Shown here piece by piece: positions 42,234 through 55,843 of a stretch of DNA of 64,000 nt. The notes beneath the pieces were generated by a model. It worked only from the letters and a program-made list of their open reading frames with translations. It was not told the DNA's origin and searched no databases. Origin of the DNA: Eledone cirrhosa (taxonomy: Eukaryota); NCBI GenBank assembly GCA_964016885.1, contig OZ024743.1, positions 344,286,001 to 344,350,000 on the forward strand, given 5' to 3'. Each line of letters opens with the position of its first letter. The stretch's first letter is position 1. The translations under genes and the position numbers were made by a program.

Positions 42234-42430
42234 TAGTGAAATAGAGCTTCCACCGTATTTTTGACTAAGTAATAGTTGGAGTTATATAAATCCACAAAAT
42301 GGAAATCCACAAAATGTCCCATATACGTCAATGCTTATCCTTTTTCCATTATGTGGGTTTTTATAACTCCAACTATTAGTCTAATTTACTAAGTCAAAAA
42401 TACGGCGGAAACTCTATTTTACTATCTAAT
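42228..42430. repeat. Fold-back insertion in (TA)n
   Basis: Arms about 42228-42305 and 42343-42430. Confidence 0.8.
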
Positions 42431-42477
42431 TTTCAAATTCCCCGCTGTTTGTAAACAAAAGGTTAAGCTTTGTATCT

Positions 42478-42606
<129 letters not shown>

Positions 42607-43211
42607 ATATTCAATACTTGAAAAAAAGTCGAGGATATGAAATTACTATTTTTTATTTCATTTTTACACACGTTTCAATACGGCCATTATGTCACATTCA
42701 TTTGCAGAACAACTGGAAATTATCAATTAACAATTATCTACATCGTACATGTTACATACTAACCGTATATCTTCGGGAAAGCTTACATAGAATAAATAAC
42801 ATTTAAAAGAGGTTTAGCCTAATATTGAATTTTAAATATCCTGTTACCCGAACCACCATTATCAACAGAATATTTTAACGGTTGATAACTTAATCGTCCA
42901 CTTTTTACTCCTGAAGAACTGAGGACTTTAATGTGCCTAGAACTTCTTTCATCTTACCACAGCAAATAGTGAAGTACTACACTATAATCATATTTTGTAT
43001 GAAAAATTGACATAATGTCGTAGTCTAATAGCCATTTCTCGCTCAAATGATTTCAAAGTTGTTTAACAAAATATGTAAAACCTGACCAAGTTTAATGTTT
43101 TTCTTCTTTTTGTTCAGGTTGAAGAATGACGTTAACTAGAAATAAAAATGGATCTTGTGTGTTAGAATATGCTCGAACACATCTCAAATGATGTCCATTT
43201 TTCTTTTTTTG

Positions 43212-43247
<36 letters not shown>

Positions 43248-43589
43248 GTATATATCCATGAATGCATCCAATCATCCATACGCTTAGAATTCTTGCTGGA
43301 GTCGTAGTGGCACCGTCTTAACATACGGCGTCTTTGAAGCAATTAAACCAAACGTCGACCTTCACTTTCCAAGACTGAAAACAGCTAATTCCTACCAGAG
43401 AAATAGATAGAAAGAGATCGATTGAAAACGGAAGAATCATTCATATATACATGACTGGTAGTATATTTATCGACCTTGAAAACGATGAAAGATAAAGTTG
43501 ACCTAGGGGTAGTTTGAACTCAGAATGATGATAGCCGCATCAAATACAGCAAAGCATTCACTTTCTCCTGATATTTCTGTCCAGAGTTA

Positions 43590-44290
43590 CAGCATATATT
43601 CCAAGTTATCCCATTTAAATCCATGCATCTTTTGAGGAGCATAGTGAAGTTTAACATAGCGTCATCGCAAACAGACCTAGATATGGACCTGATCTTCTCC
43701 CTGATGTGTTCCTTTAGTTCAGTGATGGTCCTTGGTTTGTTGACATATACTATACCTTATCCTTCAGATAACTGCAATGAAGGAAATCTGGGGTGCTTAA
43801 ATCAGGGTTGTGTGGGGCCCACTTAAAATCAATCATAAAAAACATCACACAATTTATCTTTCAGCAATCCTCATTCATAACTAATTGGAGGTGTATTGGC
43901 TTGCTAAGTCTTCCTGTCTCCGGAATCTATTCATTAGAGAACGATCTGTAACTCCTTTTTGAAGTTTTTCAGGACCTCCACATAGCATTCTTTGTGACTG
44001 TGGCAGTCTTTGTGACTGTGATACAATTTTCTTCGAAGAAGAATTGGACAATGAACACACCCTCAGAAATGGTAGCCCAGATGGTACATTTAGCCGAGTG
44101 AAGAAGTTTCACAGCCTCTTCAATGGATTTCTCTGACACTCAGAGCACATTTTTTCTTAGAGTTAATCTTCTCCTCTAAGTGAAAGTGGGCTTCATCAGA
44201 AGTTCACAGTAGATTCAGAAAATGTGGGTTGTTTTCCACCTTCATCAGTATTTTCGCATAGCCTTTCTCTTGGTCTTATCGGCTACAGTA
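43590..44290 (-). pseudogene. Tc1/mariner transposase remnant
   Basis: Manual translation SDEAHFHL..LHSAKCTIWATIS..FFFEE..TVT and PDF..YLKDKV..NKPRTITELKEHIREKI. Confidence 0.75.
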
Positions 44291-45379
44291 AGCTTTTCTT
44301 TAGTCTTTATTATGTTGGGGTACTTCTTAAGAGCTTATTTGACAACACTTTTGTAAGTTCTTGTTGAAAGATCTTGTCTTTTCTTTCTGTCTTTTCTACC
44401 GCTACTATAATGGCCTCTGCTTATCAGAACTGGTTGACCTCGTGCTACTATCATTCTGACACTTCCATCTCACTCACTTCTCCTATTCTCAATACCCGTA
44501 TTGTGTTCACCCCTATAGGTTTCAGATTAACCACTACTCTCTAGTCCTTCCCCCCAAGAATGTATTCTCTTTGGAATTTTCTCCCAGAACACATCTTTCC
44601 TGTAGGAGTCGACCTACAATAATCTAAACAAAACTAAACACTTGTCTCATTGTTCTCGGAGGGCCTCCAAAAACCAACGAGAACAGCCCCTTACTTTAGT
44701 TATACAAAAAAAAATTCGTAACAACAACATCAGCAGCAACAACTGTAACGACACAACAATAATTATTTGCAGCATCAACAACATAAACAACAATAACAAC
44801 AATAACAGCAGCAAAAAAACCAGCAACAGCAACATTAGTAGCAACAAATCACTCTACCCGTAATCCCCCATCAAGCCGTTAACCTAGATATACTCAGACA
44901 ACGTTTTCATCTCATTAGCAGTTTTTTTTTCTTACTGTAATCAGCGTAAATCTTTGGTAATTACTGATACGTAAGATATGACAGAGGAATATGATAAAGT
45001 GGTTGGGGGAAAAGTAAGATAGATAGAATGGAAGGAAGGAGGGTGATGATTGAATGAAATAAAGGAACAAAAGTTGATTATGGAGAAGTAGGATGTTTGA
45101 AATCATAGAAGCAAGTCAATTGAATTACGAATAATTAAAAAAATATTAGCAGAAATGAATATTCATGAAATTAGTAACAGGGTGGTAAGGAGAGTTGAGT
45201 GAGTATTGTATGTAGCTTTAGCTTAGAGGGGATAAAGAGAGTTAGTGGGTGTTCTGGTAAAGACCAATTTAATGAGAGTCTGTGTGTGTGTAAGAGAGAC
45301 ATAGAGATAGATAGATAGATAAATAGATAGATAGATAGATAGAGAGAGAGAGTGAGAGAGAGAGAGAGAGATAGAGATC

Positions 45380-45417
<38 letters not shown>

Positions 45418-45730
45418 GAGAGTGAGAGAGAGATAGAGATCGATAGATAGATAGATAGAGAGAGTGAGAGAGAGATAGAGATCGATAGATAGATAGATAA
45501 ATTTCTATTTATTTGCCACGAGGGCACAAAAGAAGGGGACATTTACACAGTGGGGGAGTTTACATAAATCGAGTAAAGAAAAAGGAATAACAATAATAAT
45601 ATAACAATAAAAAGTCCTCAAAAGGGAGGGGGCGTGTTGGGGATTGCACATACCCCCGAAAAGTGTGCAACTCTTTTCGCGGGGGAAGCCCAGAGAGGAG
45701 GCGCTCCCCCTTTCCTCTTCACTTCTTCAC

Positions 45731-48700
45731 CTACAGAACAATGTAGAGAGAAGGCCCATTTACACGGGCCATTCTCGCTTCTTTCACCCACCTTTCATAA
45801 AACTGTCTGGGACCAAGCACTTCTCTCTCCATCCTGATTCTTCTTCCGAAGTGGTATCGGAAGAAGTAAACCAGGTGATGGCCGGAGAGAAAGTCACCCG
45901 ACCTCAGACCTTTCAGGCGCGTCCACCACACAACCTCTTTCATCATGGCTATTACGCACAGAAAGACCGCCTCTGCTTCATTTCTGAAGGGAGGAGGCGG
46001 CTTGATGTTCACCACAGACTCGGCGGTTAATCGAATCGGCGCCACACGCGACAGCAGTCGTTCGACGTAGCCCCACAGATCGGCAACGCCCGGGCAGTGT
46101 ACCAGTGCATGCGCAACGGTTTCCTCGTCGCGCACGCATCTGGGACAGATCTTTTTCGCGGGATCCCTGCCCGGGCGCCCGTGTCTGTAGAGCTTTTCTC
46201 GAACGGGCAGAGCCCCCCGGTAACACTGCCAGGCTAGGGACCTCTGGAAGTTGTCCATGGGTCCCGGGCCGAAAGTTCTACCGAACAGGCTGGCCAGTTC
46301 GTCCTCCTCCATGCCTAGCGACTCTCCAAGGGTGTCGTCGCCCCTGCTAGCCACCAACCCTCTATAGAATGTCGAGGTGGATTCTCCACTGACAGTCGGG
46401 TCCGCTTGCCAGATAGCCGTGAGCGCCTGGGCACACTCAGTGTGCCAGTTGCCCAGTTTTCTCGGTCTTTGCTTCACCCAGGATTGCAGTTCGGTGAGCG
46501 AGACGAGCTGTGGGAAGGCTCGCCTCACAAACGGGGCCCACACCGGCTGACCGTTGAGGAATACCTGTAGATGCCGTAGCCTCAATGCGTGCCTACGCAT
46601 CAACAGCCACGGCATACCCAGCCCTCCTTTCGAAGGGTGCTGGCAGCAGATGGATCTCCTCACCATGGGAGGCCGCTTCTTCCAGAGGAACTGGAAGAGC
46701 ATGCGTTCCATGATGGTGAGCTTTTCCTTGGGGCAAGGCACGACGGTCAGGCGGTAGTAGATGACGGACGCTATGTAAGCGTTCGTCACCTCCGCCCGAC
46801 CTTTCAGTGATAGTTTGCACTTGGCCCACTTCTGGGTCAGCGCAAACACCCTGCTCGTCACCTCGCCCCAATTCTTCTCCACCTGGAGGTCCGGTCCGAA
46901 CCAGACCCCGAGCAGCTTCACCGGGCCCTCCGTCCACCGCCCGACGACACCGTCTAACGGCATCGGTTTGCCCCTCCACGTTCCGAGTTGCAAACCGACT
47001 GACTTGTCCTGGTTCAGCTTAGCCCCCGTCAGCCTTTCGTATTCCTCCAGTAGGGTGGCGATCGCCCCGATTTCCGAGGCGTCCGCCACCATTACTGTTA
47101 CGTCGTCGGCATAGGCCGAGACCGCTTTGTGCAATCCCGGTTCCAGGGGTATGCCCCGCAGCAACTCCAACTTCCGCAGCAGTGGCTCGAGAGTCAATAC
47201 GTACAGAAGGGAGGAGAGGGGGCACCCCTGTCTGATGGATCGGGTGATTTGAAACGGCTCCGAGAGGTAGCCGTTTACTTTAATCCTAGAGTAGATGTTG
47301 CCACTGTGCATGGCAGAAATCCAGCCCCTGAAAACGGGTCCGAAGCCCGCCGCCGCTAGCACCGCATCCAGGTAACCATGGTCGACCCTATCGAACGCCT
47401 TAGATTGATCCAAGTTGATCAGGGCCCCACCAAAGCCGGGTTCGTAGCCAACCCTCTCTATGATGTATCGCATGAGGTGGAGGTTGTCGTGAATGGACCT
47501 GGACGGGATAGCGCATGTCTGCGCGTCTCCCACCAAACCACCCACCACAAGCACCAACCTCTTCGCCAACACCTTGGCCAAAATCTGTAACTCTGCATTC
47601 AGCAGAGTTATGGGCCTAAAGTTACTTAAGTCGTCCCCCTTGCTCTCGTCCTTCCTCACTAGCGTGACCACGCCCTTGGTCACAGAACAGGGAATTCTCC
47701 CGTTCTGTTGCCAGTTGCAATAGACAGCCTCGAGGAGTTCGGAGAACAAGACCGGCATAGCTAAATAAAGTTCGTATGGTAGACCATCGAGACCCGGGGA
47801 TTTGCGTCTGCTGCATTGGCTGAGCGCTTCCCCGATTTCAGTGGCTGTGATTGGCCCTTCGCAGCACTCCGCTTCGCCGCTCGAAAGACGCGGTAGACCG
47901 TCGAGGTATGGACCGAAGTCCACATCCCCGTCCGGCCCCCCGCCACCTCCGAACAGTCGAGCAAAGTGCCTTTGAAAGGTCTCGCACATTCGCTCAGGTT
48001 CAAGGATCACCCGTCCATCCTGGTCTCGCAAAGACCGAATGGTGGATTTAATCCCACTCTTGGCTTCTGTCACGCGGGCCCAGCTAACAGCTTTGGTCCC
48101 CTCGTTTCCTAAAGCACGTATTTTACTTCGGACAACGCAGCCTTCGTGCTTCGCGTCAAAGAACTGGCTCAATGCCGTTCTCGTCGCTAACACTCTGGCT
48201 ACGTCTCCGCTCCTAATCGCCTCTTCTAGTTTATCTGTTAACTCCCTTTCCCTCCTATTTCTATTCGCCGCTAGTTCCTTACTGTAACCTATCGAACTTA
48301 CTCTAATCTCTCTCTTTAGAGATATCCACCACCTACTGTTGACGATCGCTCCCGTCAACCGCATCTTAACTAAGCTACTAATCCGGTTTCTGTAATCTTT
48401 CTTTGTCGGTAAGGACAAGTTCATCTTCCAGTAACCGGGACCCTGTCTATGCGTTCTATCAAGGTTGACCACGCAGGTCACTAATTTGTGATCTGAATAG
48501 CCAACCATGATCAGTTCTGGACAACTAAATACGTCCCTATCCTTACTCCTAACCAAAAACCTATCTAGGTACGATCTAGATTGTCCACTGCGGTTTGCCC
48601 AGGTCCAGGTTGGCGCAGTTGGACAATCTAGTCGAAATCTATCGACCAGGTCGAATCGATCGAGTAACCCCTTGAGGCTGCTACACCCCCCTCTATCGGG

Positions 48701-49169
48701 ACATGCCCCTGCATAGTCCCAACGCGCATCTAGGATTCCATTCCAGTCCCCCACTAAAAGCAGGGAACGCGACGTTCCTAGAAAAGTCTCCAGACGTTGG
48801 AAGAAGTCGGCTCTTTCCGCCCCGAAGGGAGCATAAAGACCGACCAGTCTGAAAGCCCCGCCTTCACCACCTCCGACGTCCAGCACCAGTAATCGACCCC
48901 CCGGGTCCGAGTGAACAATCTGTACGTCGAGAGTCAGACGTTTATCCAGCAGTACGGCAACTCCCCCCCCCGCCTCCGGGTTGACAGAGAGATGCGTGCA
49001 TCTCAAAGTCATCGAAGGCGGGCGCCAGCTGTCTCACGCTGCTGATCCGACTCTCGCAAACAACCATCACATCTATACTTTGTGACCTGAGGTCACTTAG
49101 AAGCTTTGCTTGCTTCCAAGCTGAGCTCAGGCCACGCGCGTTCAAACAGCCAACTCTCAATTGATCTAT
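45731..49169 (-). CDS. LINE ORF2: APE endonuclease, reverse transcriptase, C-terminal Zn finger (one frameshift near 48963-48971)
   Basis: APE motifs: VGCLNARGL (ORF 48942-49160), GDWN, YLDRF, SDH. RT motifs: KSPGLDG, FRPITLLN, LDQSKAFDRV, RQGCPLS, YADD. C-terminal CPRC..ET..HAL..C. The N-terminal piece joins the 1093-aa ORF across a C9 run. Confidence 0.92.
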
Positions 49170-51002
49170 TTTGGTGTTGAAAGTGAAGAAAGAAAAGCAC
49201 TTACCTCTCCGGGTTGCGTAATTTCCATGGCATCAGGTGTGTTGGGTGGAGGGATGTTTTGTGGTGGTGTGGGGGTACACGTGTGTGGTGGGGTTGGGGT
49301 ATTTGGAGTTGTGTCAGGGAGAGGGGCGGTTATGGGGAAATCTTTCAAGAGGACGCGATTCAACGGTTTTAAACAGGGGGGGCTCACGTCCCGTCTAAAT
49401 TGTTCTTTTAAGGAACGATAAAGGTCCAGAGGGACCTTTATCATTTTTAAATGGGTGAAGTTCTCTGTTGAGATAAAGTTTGGCCCTTCGGTCTGCACCA
49501 TAGGGTTATTGTTTATTAATTTAACCAGTTTTTTGTTTTCTTTATTTATATATGTGTATTGCAACGTCTTTTTTTGTGATGCTGTCAATGTTTCGGAGAG
49601 GGGAGGCGCAGATTTATTTTTGTTTGTTGAGGGTGGGGTGTTTTTGATTGGAGTTGGTGTTTGTGTGTGGGTTATTTGTGGTGTGCTGGGTGTGTGTTTT
49701 CTTTTTTTTCTTTTAACTTGTCTGAAGGCTTCTCCTCCTTCTTCTTCAGAAGTTGGGGGAAACTCTTCAGCGCTAGGTGGGAGGGACGTGTTGTGTGGTT
49801 GTTTTTTTTTTGCGGGAGGGGTAGATTTGTTACTGTTTTTTTTATTATTTGTTTGGAATGGGTTTTGTGGTGGTGGTGGTGGTAATGTTTGTGTCGTGCT
49901 TGTGGTTGGTGATGGTGGTGGTGATGTTTGTGTTGTGGTTGGTGGTGGTGATTTTTGTGTCGTGCTTGTGTTTGGTGCTGGTGGTGGTGATGTTTGTGTT
50001 GTGTTTGTGGTTGGTGGTGTCTGTATTTTGTTTGCTGTGTGTGGTATTAGTGTATTTTTGGAGGTGGGTGGTGCTGGTGTACTGTTTGTGGTGGGTGTGG
50101 GCAATAGTCCTTTTTGGGGGATACGTTTCGGGCAGTTAGCCTTAACGTGTCCCCTTTCCATGCATAAATAGCATGCTGGTCTTCTCCCCTCTACAATTAT
50201 GTCTATTGGGGTAAGGTCATCCAGCCAGATGCGATCCGGGATTTGTGCTATTCTTTCGGGCCTCATTTGGACTAGTATGTCGAGGCCCATTCCCAGGAAT
50301 GCATCTCCAGTTGCCTTCCCCATTGACAGCATAGTGTCTTCGCCCATATCAATGAAGCCAGCAATAGCCCACCAGAAGTCCATTGTGGGCAGCATTGTTT
50401 TTACTTTTATTCTCTGTGTTCTTCTACCCATGTAGGAGGGATAGAAGCTATATGTTGTCGACGAGAGTGGGCTTAGGGAAAGCTGAACCGCCGTTTCTTT
50501 GTCTCTTGTTAGGACCGAAATGCTGCCATAGAGTCGGTCCTTTCGTATGAAGAGAATATTCTTCATATAGTCTTTTAGGACTAACTCTATTTCCATTTGG
50601 CTGGGCTGTGCTGGCTTTCTTGACTGGTTTAGTATAGTTCTGTATATAACTGTGTTTTCTGCTCTGGCTTTCTTGAATTCTGGGGGGGGAGTTAATGGAA
50701 AACATTCCGTTCTCCCCCAAAACAATATGTTTCTTTGCTTCGGCCAGTTTTTCTCTGGCGGCAGTTAGGTCAATTGGTGTGTATGTAATGGATTGCTTTG
50801 TTTTCTGGGCGAAAGTTGCCCTGTCGTTATTTGTATTATTTTCTGTTTGTTTGTTTTCTGTTTGCTCATTTTCCTTAACATTTGTTTTTTCATTTTGTTT
50901 GTTTGTTTCAATGTCTAATTTTGTTGTAATTATTTTTTGTTCTTCAGACTTGGGGGGCGTGGCAGAGCTAATGGCAGACATGTCTGCCATCTTTTCCGCC
51001 AT
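49166..51002 (-). CDS. LINE ORF1, gag-like CCHC zinc-knuckle protein with Pro/Thr-rich tail (one frameshift near 50682-50689)
   Basis: CYLCMERGHVKANC fits CX2CX4HX4C. ORFs 50448-51029 and 49166-50725 join across a G8 run. Likely start MAEKMAD at 51002. Confidence 0.85.
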
Positions 51003-51427
51003 GCTGCCAAGAAAGAAATTTTTCGGCAAAAATAGATATTTATTTTACCCCCTAAAAAGGGGGTAAATGCAAAAATGTTTCCCTAAATAACAGGGGTTAG
51101 TGTTCCAAATGTGTTGCACTAAAAAATTTATCCGGTACTTACAATAGTAAGGGTAAATCCCGATGGAATAGCGGAGCCGATGCGAAGCGTGTCTTACTCT
51201 ATCAAGATAGATAGATAGATAGATAGAGATCAATAGATAGATAGATAGAGAGGGAGAAAGAAAAAGAGAGAGAGAGAGAGAGAGAGAGGAGGAGGATAAG
51301 GAAGGTTGAAGAAGAGAAATAAGAAGAATGAAAAGAAGGAGAGGAAGAGGAGAAAAGGAAAAGAAGAAGGTGTTGAAGAAGAAGAAAAAGAAAAAGGAAA
51401 ATATGAATAATGTATTATAGTGTAGAG

Positions 51428-51806
51428 CAGAGGCTCTCAACCATTTCCCCACTTTAAAAGCAAATATATATATATATATAGTAGTTAGTGGAATAGGTAG
51501 ATGAAGTGGATGAAGAGAAAGTAGGAGATGAAGAAGGGAGGAATAGAAGCACAAAAGAGAACAAAGTTGATGTTGATGAAAAAGAAGCATAGAGGTATTT
51601 GGACTATAGTAAATTAGCGGTTCTCACTTATTTCCCCTTGATCTCGTAAAATTATCAGCTCCCTCCAAATGAAACTGTTTTTCTCTCTCCTATTTTCTAT
51701 ATTAATTTTCAATGGGTCCCTTGTCAAGGTAAACCTCACAAACGCTCAAGGTTTCTATAATCTCTCTTTATTGACGTTACAGCTTCCTCTCCTTTGAGAA
51801 ACACTG
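51428..51806. mobile_element. hAT (Charlie-like) non-autonomous element
   Basis: TIRs CAGAGGCTCTCAAC and TTTGAGAAACACTG. Exact 8-bp TSD GTGTAGAG at 51420-51427 and 51807-51814. Confidence 0.8.
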
Positions 51807-51874
51807 GTGTAGAGAAATGAAAAGGGAAAAGTATCGCATGAAAAATATTAACGGAAAGTCATTATTATTGTTTT

Positions 51875-52270
51875 GGCGGTGGATTGGCAGTATCGGTAGA
51901 GGGTCGGACGCCATGCTTTGACGCATAGAATTACGGCCCTTGCCATTCTGAGTTCAAATCCCGCCGAGGTTAACTTTGCCTTTCATCCTTATGGGGTCGA
52001 TAAAATAAAGTAGCAGTAATGTACTGGGTATTTGCTGGCTTTGTGCCAAAAGTAGAAACAATTATTATTGTTTTGGGCGGTGGATTGGCAGTATCGGTAG
52101 AGGGTTGGACGCCATGCTTTGACGCATAGAGTTACGGCATTTGGGATTCTGAGTTCAAATCCCACCGGGGTTAACTTTGCCTTTCATCCTTACGGGGTCG
52201 ATAAAATAAAGTACCAGTAATGCACTGGTTAATTGCTGGCCTTGTGCCTAACGTAGAAACAATTATTATT
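51875..52270 (+). mobile_element. Two head-to-tail young SINE copies
   Basis: 51875-52068 and 52076-52270, each ending AGAAACAATTATTATTG. Confidence 0.9.
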
Positions 52271-52291
52271 GTTTTGGGAAAGTAGGTACAA

Positions 52292-52663
52292 TCTATATAT
52301 TACTAAAAGTCTGTGATTGCTTGCTTGTTTGCTTGTCTCGAATGCAATACAGCCCAAAGGGCGCATAATGGGAAAATACTTTGAAAGGAAGTTGACCCTG
52401 AAATGGGAATACAAATGGAATAAAAAAAGTTTCGCATAAATCAGAGGACATGTTCCCGAGATATGGGGTTTTCCGGATACCTTCATAAACACAGAGAGAG
52501 AGAGAGGAGACAGAGAAGGAAAGAGAGAGGGAGAGCTGGTGTTGTGAGTATATATATATATATGTGATTGTGTGTGTATATATATATATGTGTGTGTATA
52601 TGTGTGTGTATGTGTCTATGACCAGTGGATATAGATCACAGACACCCACATATATATATATAT

Positions 52664-52697
<34 letters not shown>

Positions 52698-52883
52698 GTA
52701 TACACACGCACACATTTATATATGTACATACACACATATATATATATGTGCCTTCCAGTTTCATTTCGCATTATATACATGTCTGTGTATATTTTAATTA
52801 TTTAAAAATTATTTTTAAGTGAACATTATTTTAAAGAAAATATTTTGAAGTGAACGTGAGCCAACGGGTCACGGGTGGTGTAG
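52292..52883 (+). mobile_element. Non-autonomous Helitron, copy 2
   Basis: Starts A|TCTATATATTACTAAAAG, has the subterminal hairpin, ends GTAG|T. No TSD. Confidence 0.8.
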
Positions 52884-53033
52884 TGTAAATTAAAACTACA
52901 ATGTTGAAAACTAGAGAATAATAAAGTAGGAACAAATATACTTTTACCTTATATTTCATGTTATTTCAAGGTTATCACCTCTTAAAAAGAAGGAAACGGT
53001 GTGTGGCCTTATTGGTGATCTCCATTATCAGTA

Positions 53034-53358
53034 TGGTGGATTGGCAGTATCGGTAGAGGGTCGGAAGCCATGCTTTGCAGCAAAGAGTTACGGCCCTTTA
53101 TGGTCTGAGTTCAAATCCCGCCGAGGTTCACTTTGCCTTTCATTCTTACGCGGTCGATAAAATAAAGTATCAGTAATACACTGGGATAATTGCTGGCCTT
53201 GTGCCAAAAGTAGAAACAATTATTAACGAAAGATTATGGCCCTTTATGTTCTGAGTTCAAATCCCGCCGAGGTTAACTTTGCCTTTTATCCTTACGGGGT
53301 CGATAAAATAAAGCACCTGTAATTGCTGGCCTTGTGCCAAAAGTAGAAACAATTATTA
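53034..53358 (+). mobile_element. One full and one 5'-truncated SINE copy
   Basis: Same consensus. AACGAAAGATTAT is repeated after each copy. Confidence 0.88.
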
Positions 53359-53499
53359 ACGAAAGATTATACAAGTAAATTGAACACAGATCACACAGAA
53401 CTGGAACAAATACCCAGTTATATAATCTATGTTTTAACTACTTTGCCATTTCACACTTTATATGTAGAGAATGTGAAAGTGAGAGAGAAAGAAAGAGAA

Positions 53500-53995
53500 A
53501 AAGAGGAATAGAATGAAAGAGTAAGAATGAATAAGAAAGAATAAGAATAGGATAAAAAGAATGAGAAAGAACGACTAAGAAAGAATAACAAGAAGAGAGA
53601 AAGAATGATAAGAAGAAATAACGGAGAATAAGAAAGAATAAGAAAGAATATTAAAGAATAAAAAAGAATAAGAAAGAATAAGAAAGAATAAGAAAGAATA
53701 AGAAAGAATAAGAAAGAATAAGAATAAGAAAGAATAAGAAAGACTAAGGATATTCTTTCTTGTTCTTATTCAAGAACAAGAAAGAATATGAAAGAATAAG
53801 GATAACAAAGAATGAGAAAAATAAAAGAATACAAAAGAATAAGAATAAGAAAGAGTACAAAAGAATAAGGATATGAATAACATATACAATGAAAGAGTAA
53901 GAAAGTGTAAGAAACACAATGAAAGAGTAAGACAGAGTAAGAAAGAATAATAACGATTTAGATTATGGAAGATTAAGTCTAAGAAGAAATAAGAA
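53500..53995. repeat. Degenerate (AAGAATAAGA)n purine repeat
   Basis: Perfect core at about 53660-53740. Confidence 0.85.
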
Positions 53996-54019
53996 AGATT
54001 TAGACCCAAGTCCAACAAT

Positions 54020-54423
54020 TATAGGAAAGGGAAATACCTATTACATCGAAATCAGTACTTTGGTTGGTAATTATTTTATCGACCCCGGAAGAAGAACAGG
54101 TAAAATAGGCATCGGCAGGATTTGAACTTAGATTGTAAAGAGCCGTAACTAAATACAGCAAAGCATCTTGTCCCACGCTCTAACGATTCGTCCAATCCAT
54201 CAATAATGGTTTCCTATTTAGGCACAAGGCCAACAATTTTGAGAGAAGGGGAAAGTCGATTAAATCGACTCCAGTGTATTACTGGTATTCTAGTTCATTG
54301 ACCCCATAAAGATAAAAGGCAAAGCTAACCTCGGTGGGATTTGAACTCAGAACGTAAAGGGCCAAAACTCAATGCAGCTAAGCATGGTGTCCGACGCTCT
54401 ACCGATACTGCCAATCCACCGCC
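54020..54423 (-). mobile_element. Two tandem SINE copies
   Basis: About 54020-54200 and 54205-54423. Confidence 0.85.
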
Positions 54424-54600
54424 CTATAATGATTATAATAATAAGATAAATTGTAATAGCAGTGGCAGCAGCAGGAGTAGTAGTAGTAGTGGTGGTAATA
54501 GTAGTAATAGTAGTAGGGGTGCTAGAAGAAGAAGAAGAAGAAGAAGAAGAAGAAGAAAAAGAAAAAGAAAAAGAAAAAGAAAAAGAAAAAGGTAAATAAA

Positions 54601-54641
<41 letters not shown>

Positions 54642-54792
54642 GAAGAAGAAGAAGAAGAAGAAGAAGGAAGAAATGAAGGAAAAAGAAGAACGAATAAGAA
54701 AGACTACGAAAGAATAAGAAAATAATCCGCAAAAACATGAGGATGATTGAAGGTGGTGAAAGAAAAAGAAAGATGAAATATAGAAACGTGAA

Positions 54793-55374
54793 AGAAATAC
54801 AGATATGTAGAGAGAGAAAGAATTATAGATATCTAGAGAAAGAATTATAGAAAGAGTTACAGATATGTAGAGAGAGAAAGAGAGAAAGAATTACAGATAT
54901 GTAGAGAGAGAAAGAGAGAAAGAGTTACAGATATGTAGAGAGAGAAAGAATTACAGATATGTAGAGAGAGAAAGAGAGAAAAAGAGAAAGAGTTACAGAT
55001 ATGTAGAGAGAGAAAGAGAGAAAAAGAGAAAGAGTTACAGATATGTAGAGAGAGAAAGAATTACAGATATGCAGAGAGAGAAAGAATTATAGATATGTAG
55101 AGAGAGAAAGAATTATAGATATGTAGAGAGAGAAAGAATTATAGATATGTAGAGAGAGAGAGAGTTACAGATATGTAGAGAGAGAAAGAGAGAAAGAGTT
55201 ACAGATATGTAGAGAGAGAAAGAGAGAAAGAGTTACAGATATGTAGAGAGAGAAAGAGAGAAAGAGTTACAGATATCTAGAGAGAGAAAGAATTATAGAT
55301 ATGTAGAGAGAGAGAATTATAGATATGTAGAGAGAGAGAGAGAGAGAGAGTTACAGATATGTAGAGAGAGAAAG
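54793..55374. repeat. Minisatellite, about 26-42-bp unit AG(A/G)TTA(C/T)AGATATGTAGAGAGAGAA
   Basis: About 19 visible units with variable GAGAGAAA spacers. Confidence 0.92.
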
Positions 55375-55519
55375 ATAAAATACGACTGTAACAAAATGAA
55401 AATAAGTAAGAGTATGAAAGAAGAATATTGAAGAAAACTCTTTAAAAAAATAGAGCAACACGAAAAAGATGTGAAAGAGATTTTTCATTTTTAGTAACTA
55501 TTTCAGGAACAAATAGTTT

Positions 55520-55714
55520 CAAACAAGGCCATCAATTTTTGGGGAGGAGAAAGTCGATTAAATCGACCCCAGTGCGTGACTGGTACTTTATTTATCGACC
55601 CCGTAAGGATGAAAGGTAAAGTTAACCTCGCGTGATTTGAACTCTTAAAGGGCCGTAACTCTATGCTGCAAAGCATGGCGTCCGACCCTCTACCGATACT
55701 GCCGATCCACCGCC
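55520..55714 (-). mobile_element. SINE copy with target-site duplication
   Basis: TATTTCAGGAACAAAT flanks both sides (about 55499-55514 and 55717-55732). Confidence 0.88.
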
Positions 55715-55843
55715 CTTATTTCAGGAACAAATGGACACAACATAATCGAAGGGTTAAGGAGATCACTTCACAATCATTAGGTCCCATGTTCGATTCCAAT
55801 GTGTGAAAATTTGGACAAATGTCATTTACCATATCCTCAAGTC

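Larger units (their letters stand above)
45500..51205 (-). mobile_element. Near full-length Tx1/L1-group non-LTR retrotransposon (5'UTR, ORF1, ORF2, 3'UTR)
   Basis: Two long ORFs (CCHC ORF1; APE-RT-Zn ORF2). Both ends abut (TAGA)n tracts on plus (about 45300-45498 and 51206-51246). Sense 3' end is GTCCCC...GCCCTCGTGGCAAATAAA. Confidence 0.93.

Noticed and set aside
49455-50171. 238-aa Gly/Val/Cys-rich plus-strand ORF and other ORFs overlapping the LINE
   Set aside because: Antisense shadow of the Pro/Thr-rich ORF1 and the GC-rich ORF2.
51875-51968. tRNA-like sequence with A/B boxes
   Set aside because: It is a SINE head in many diverged copies with no proper cloverleaf, not a tRNA gene.
54793-55374. 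Regularly spaced repeats resembling a CRISPR array
   Set aside because: Spacers are low-complexity GA runs, not unique sequence. The context is eukaryotic and there are no cas genes.
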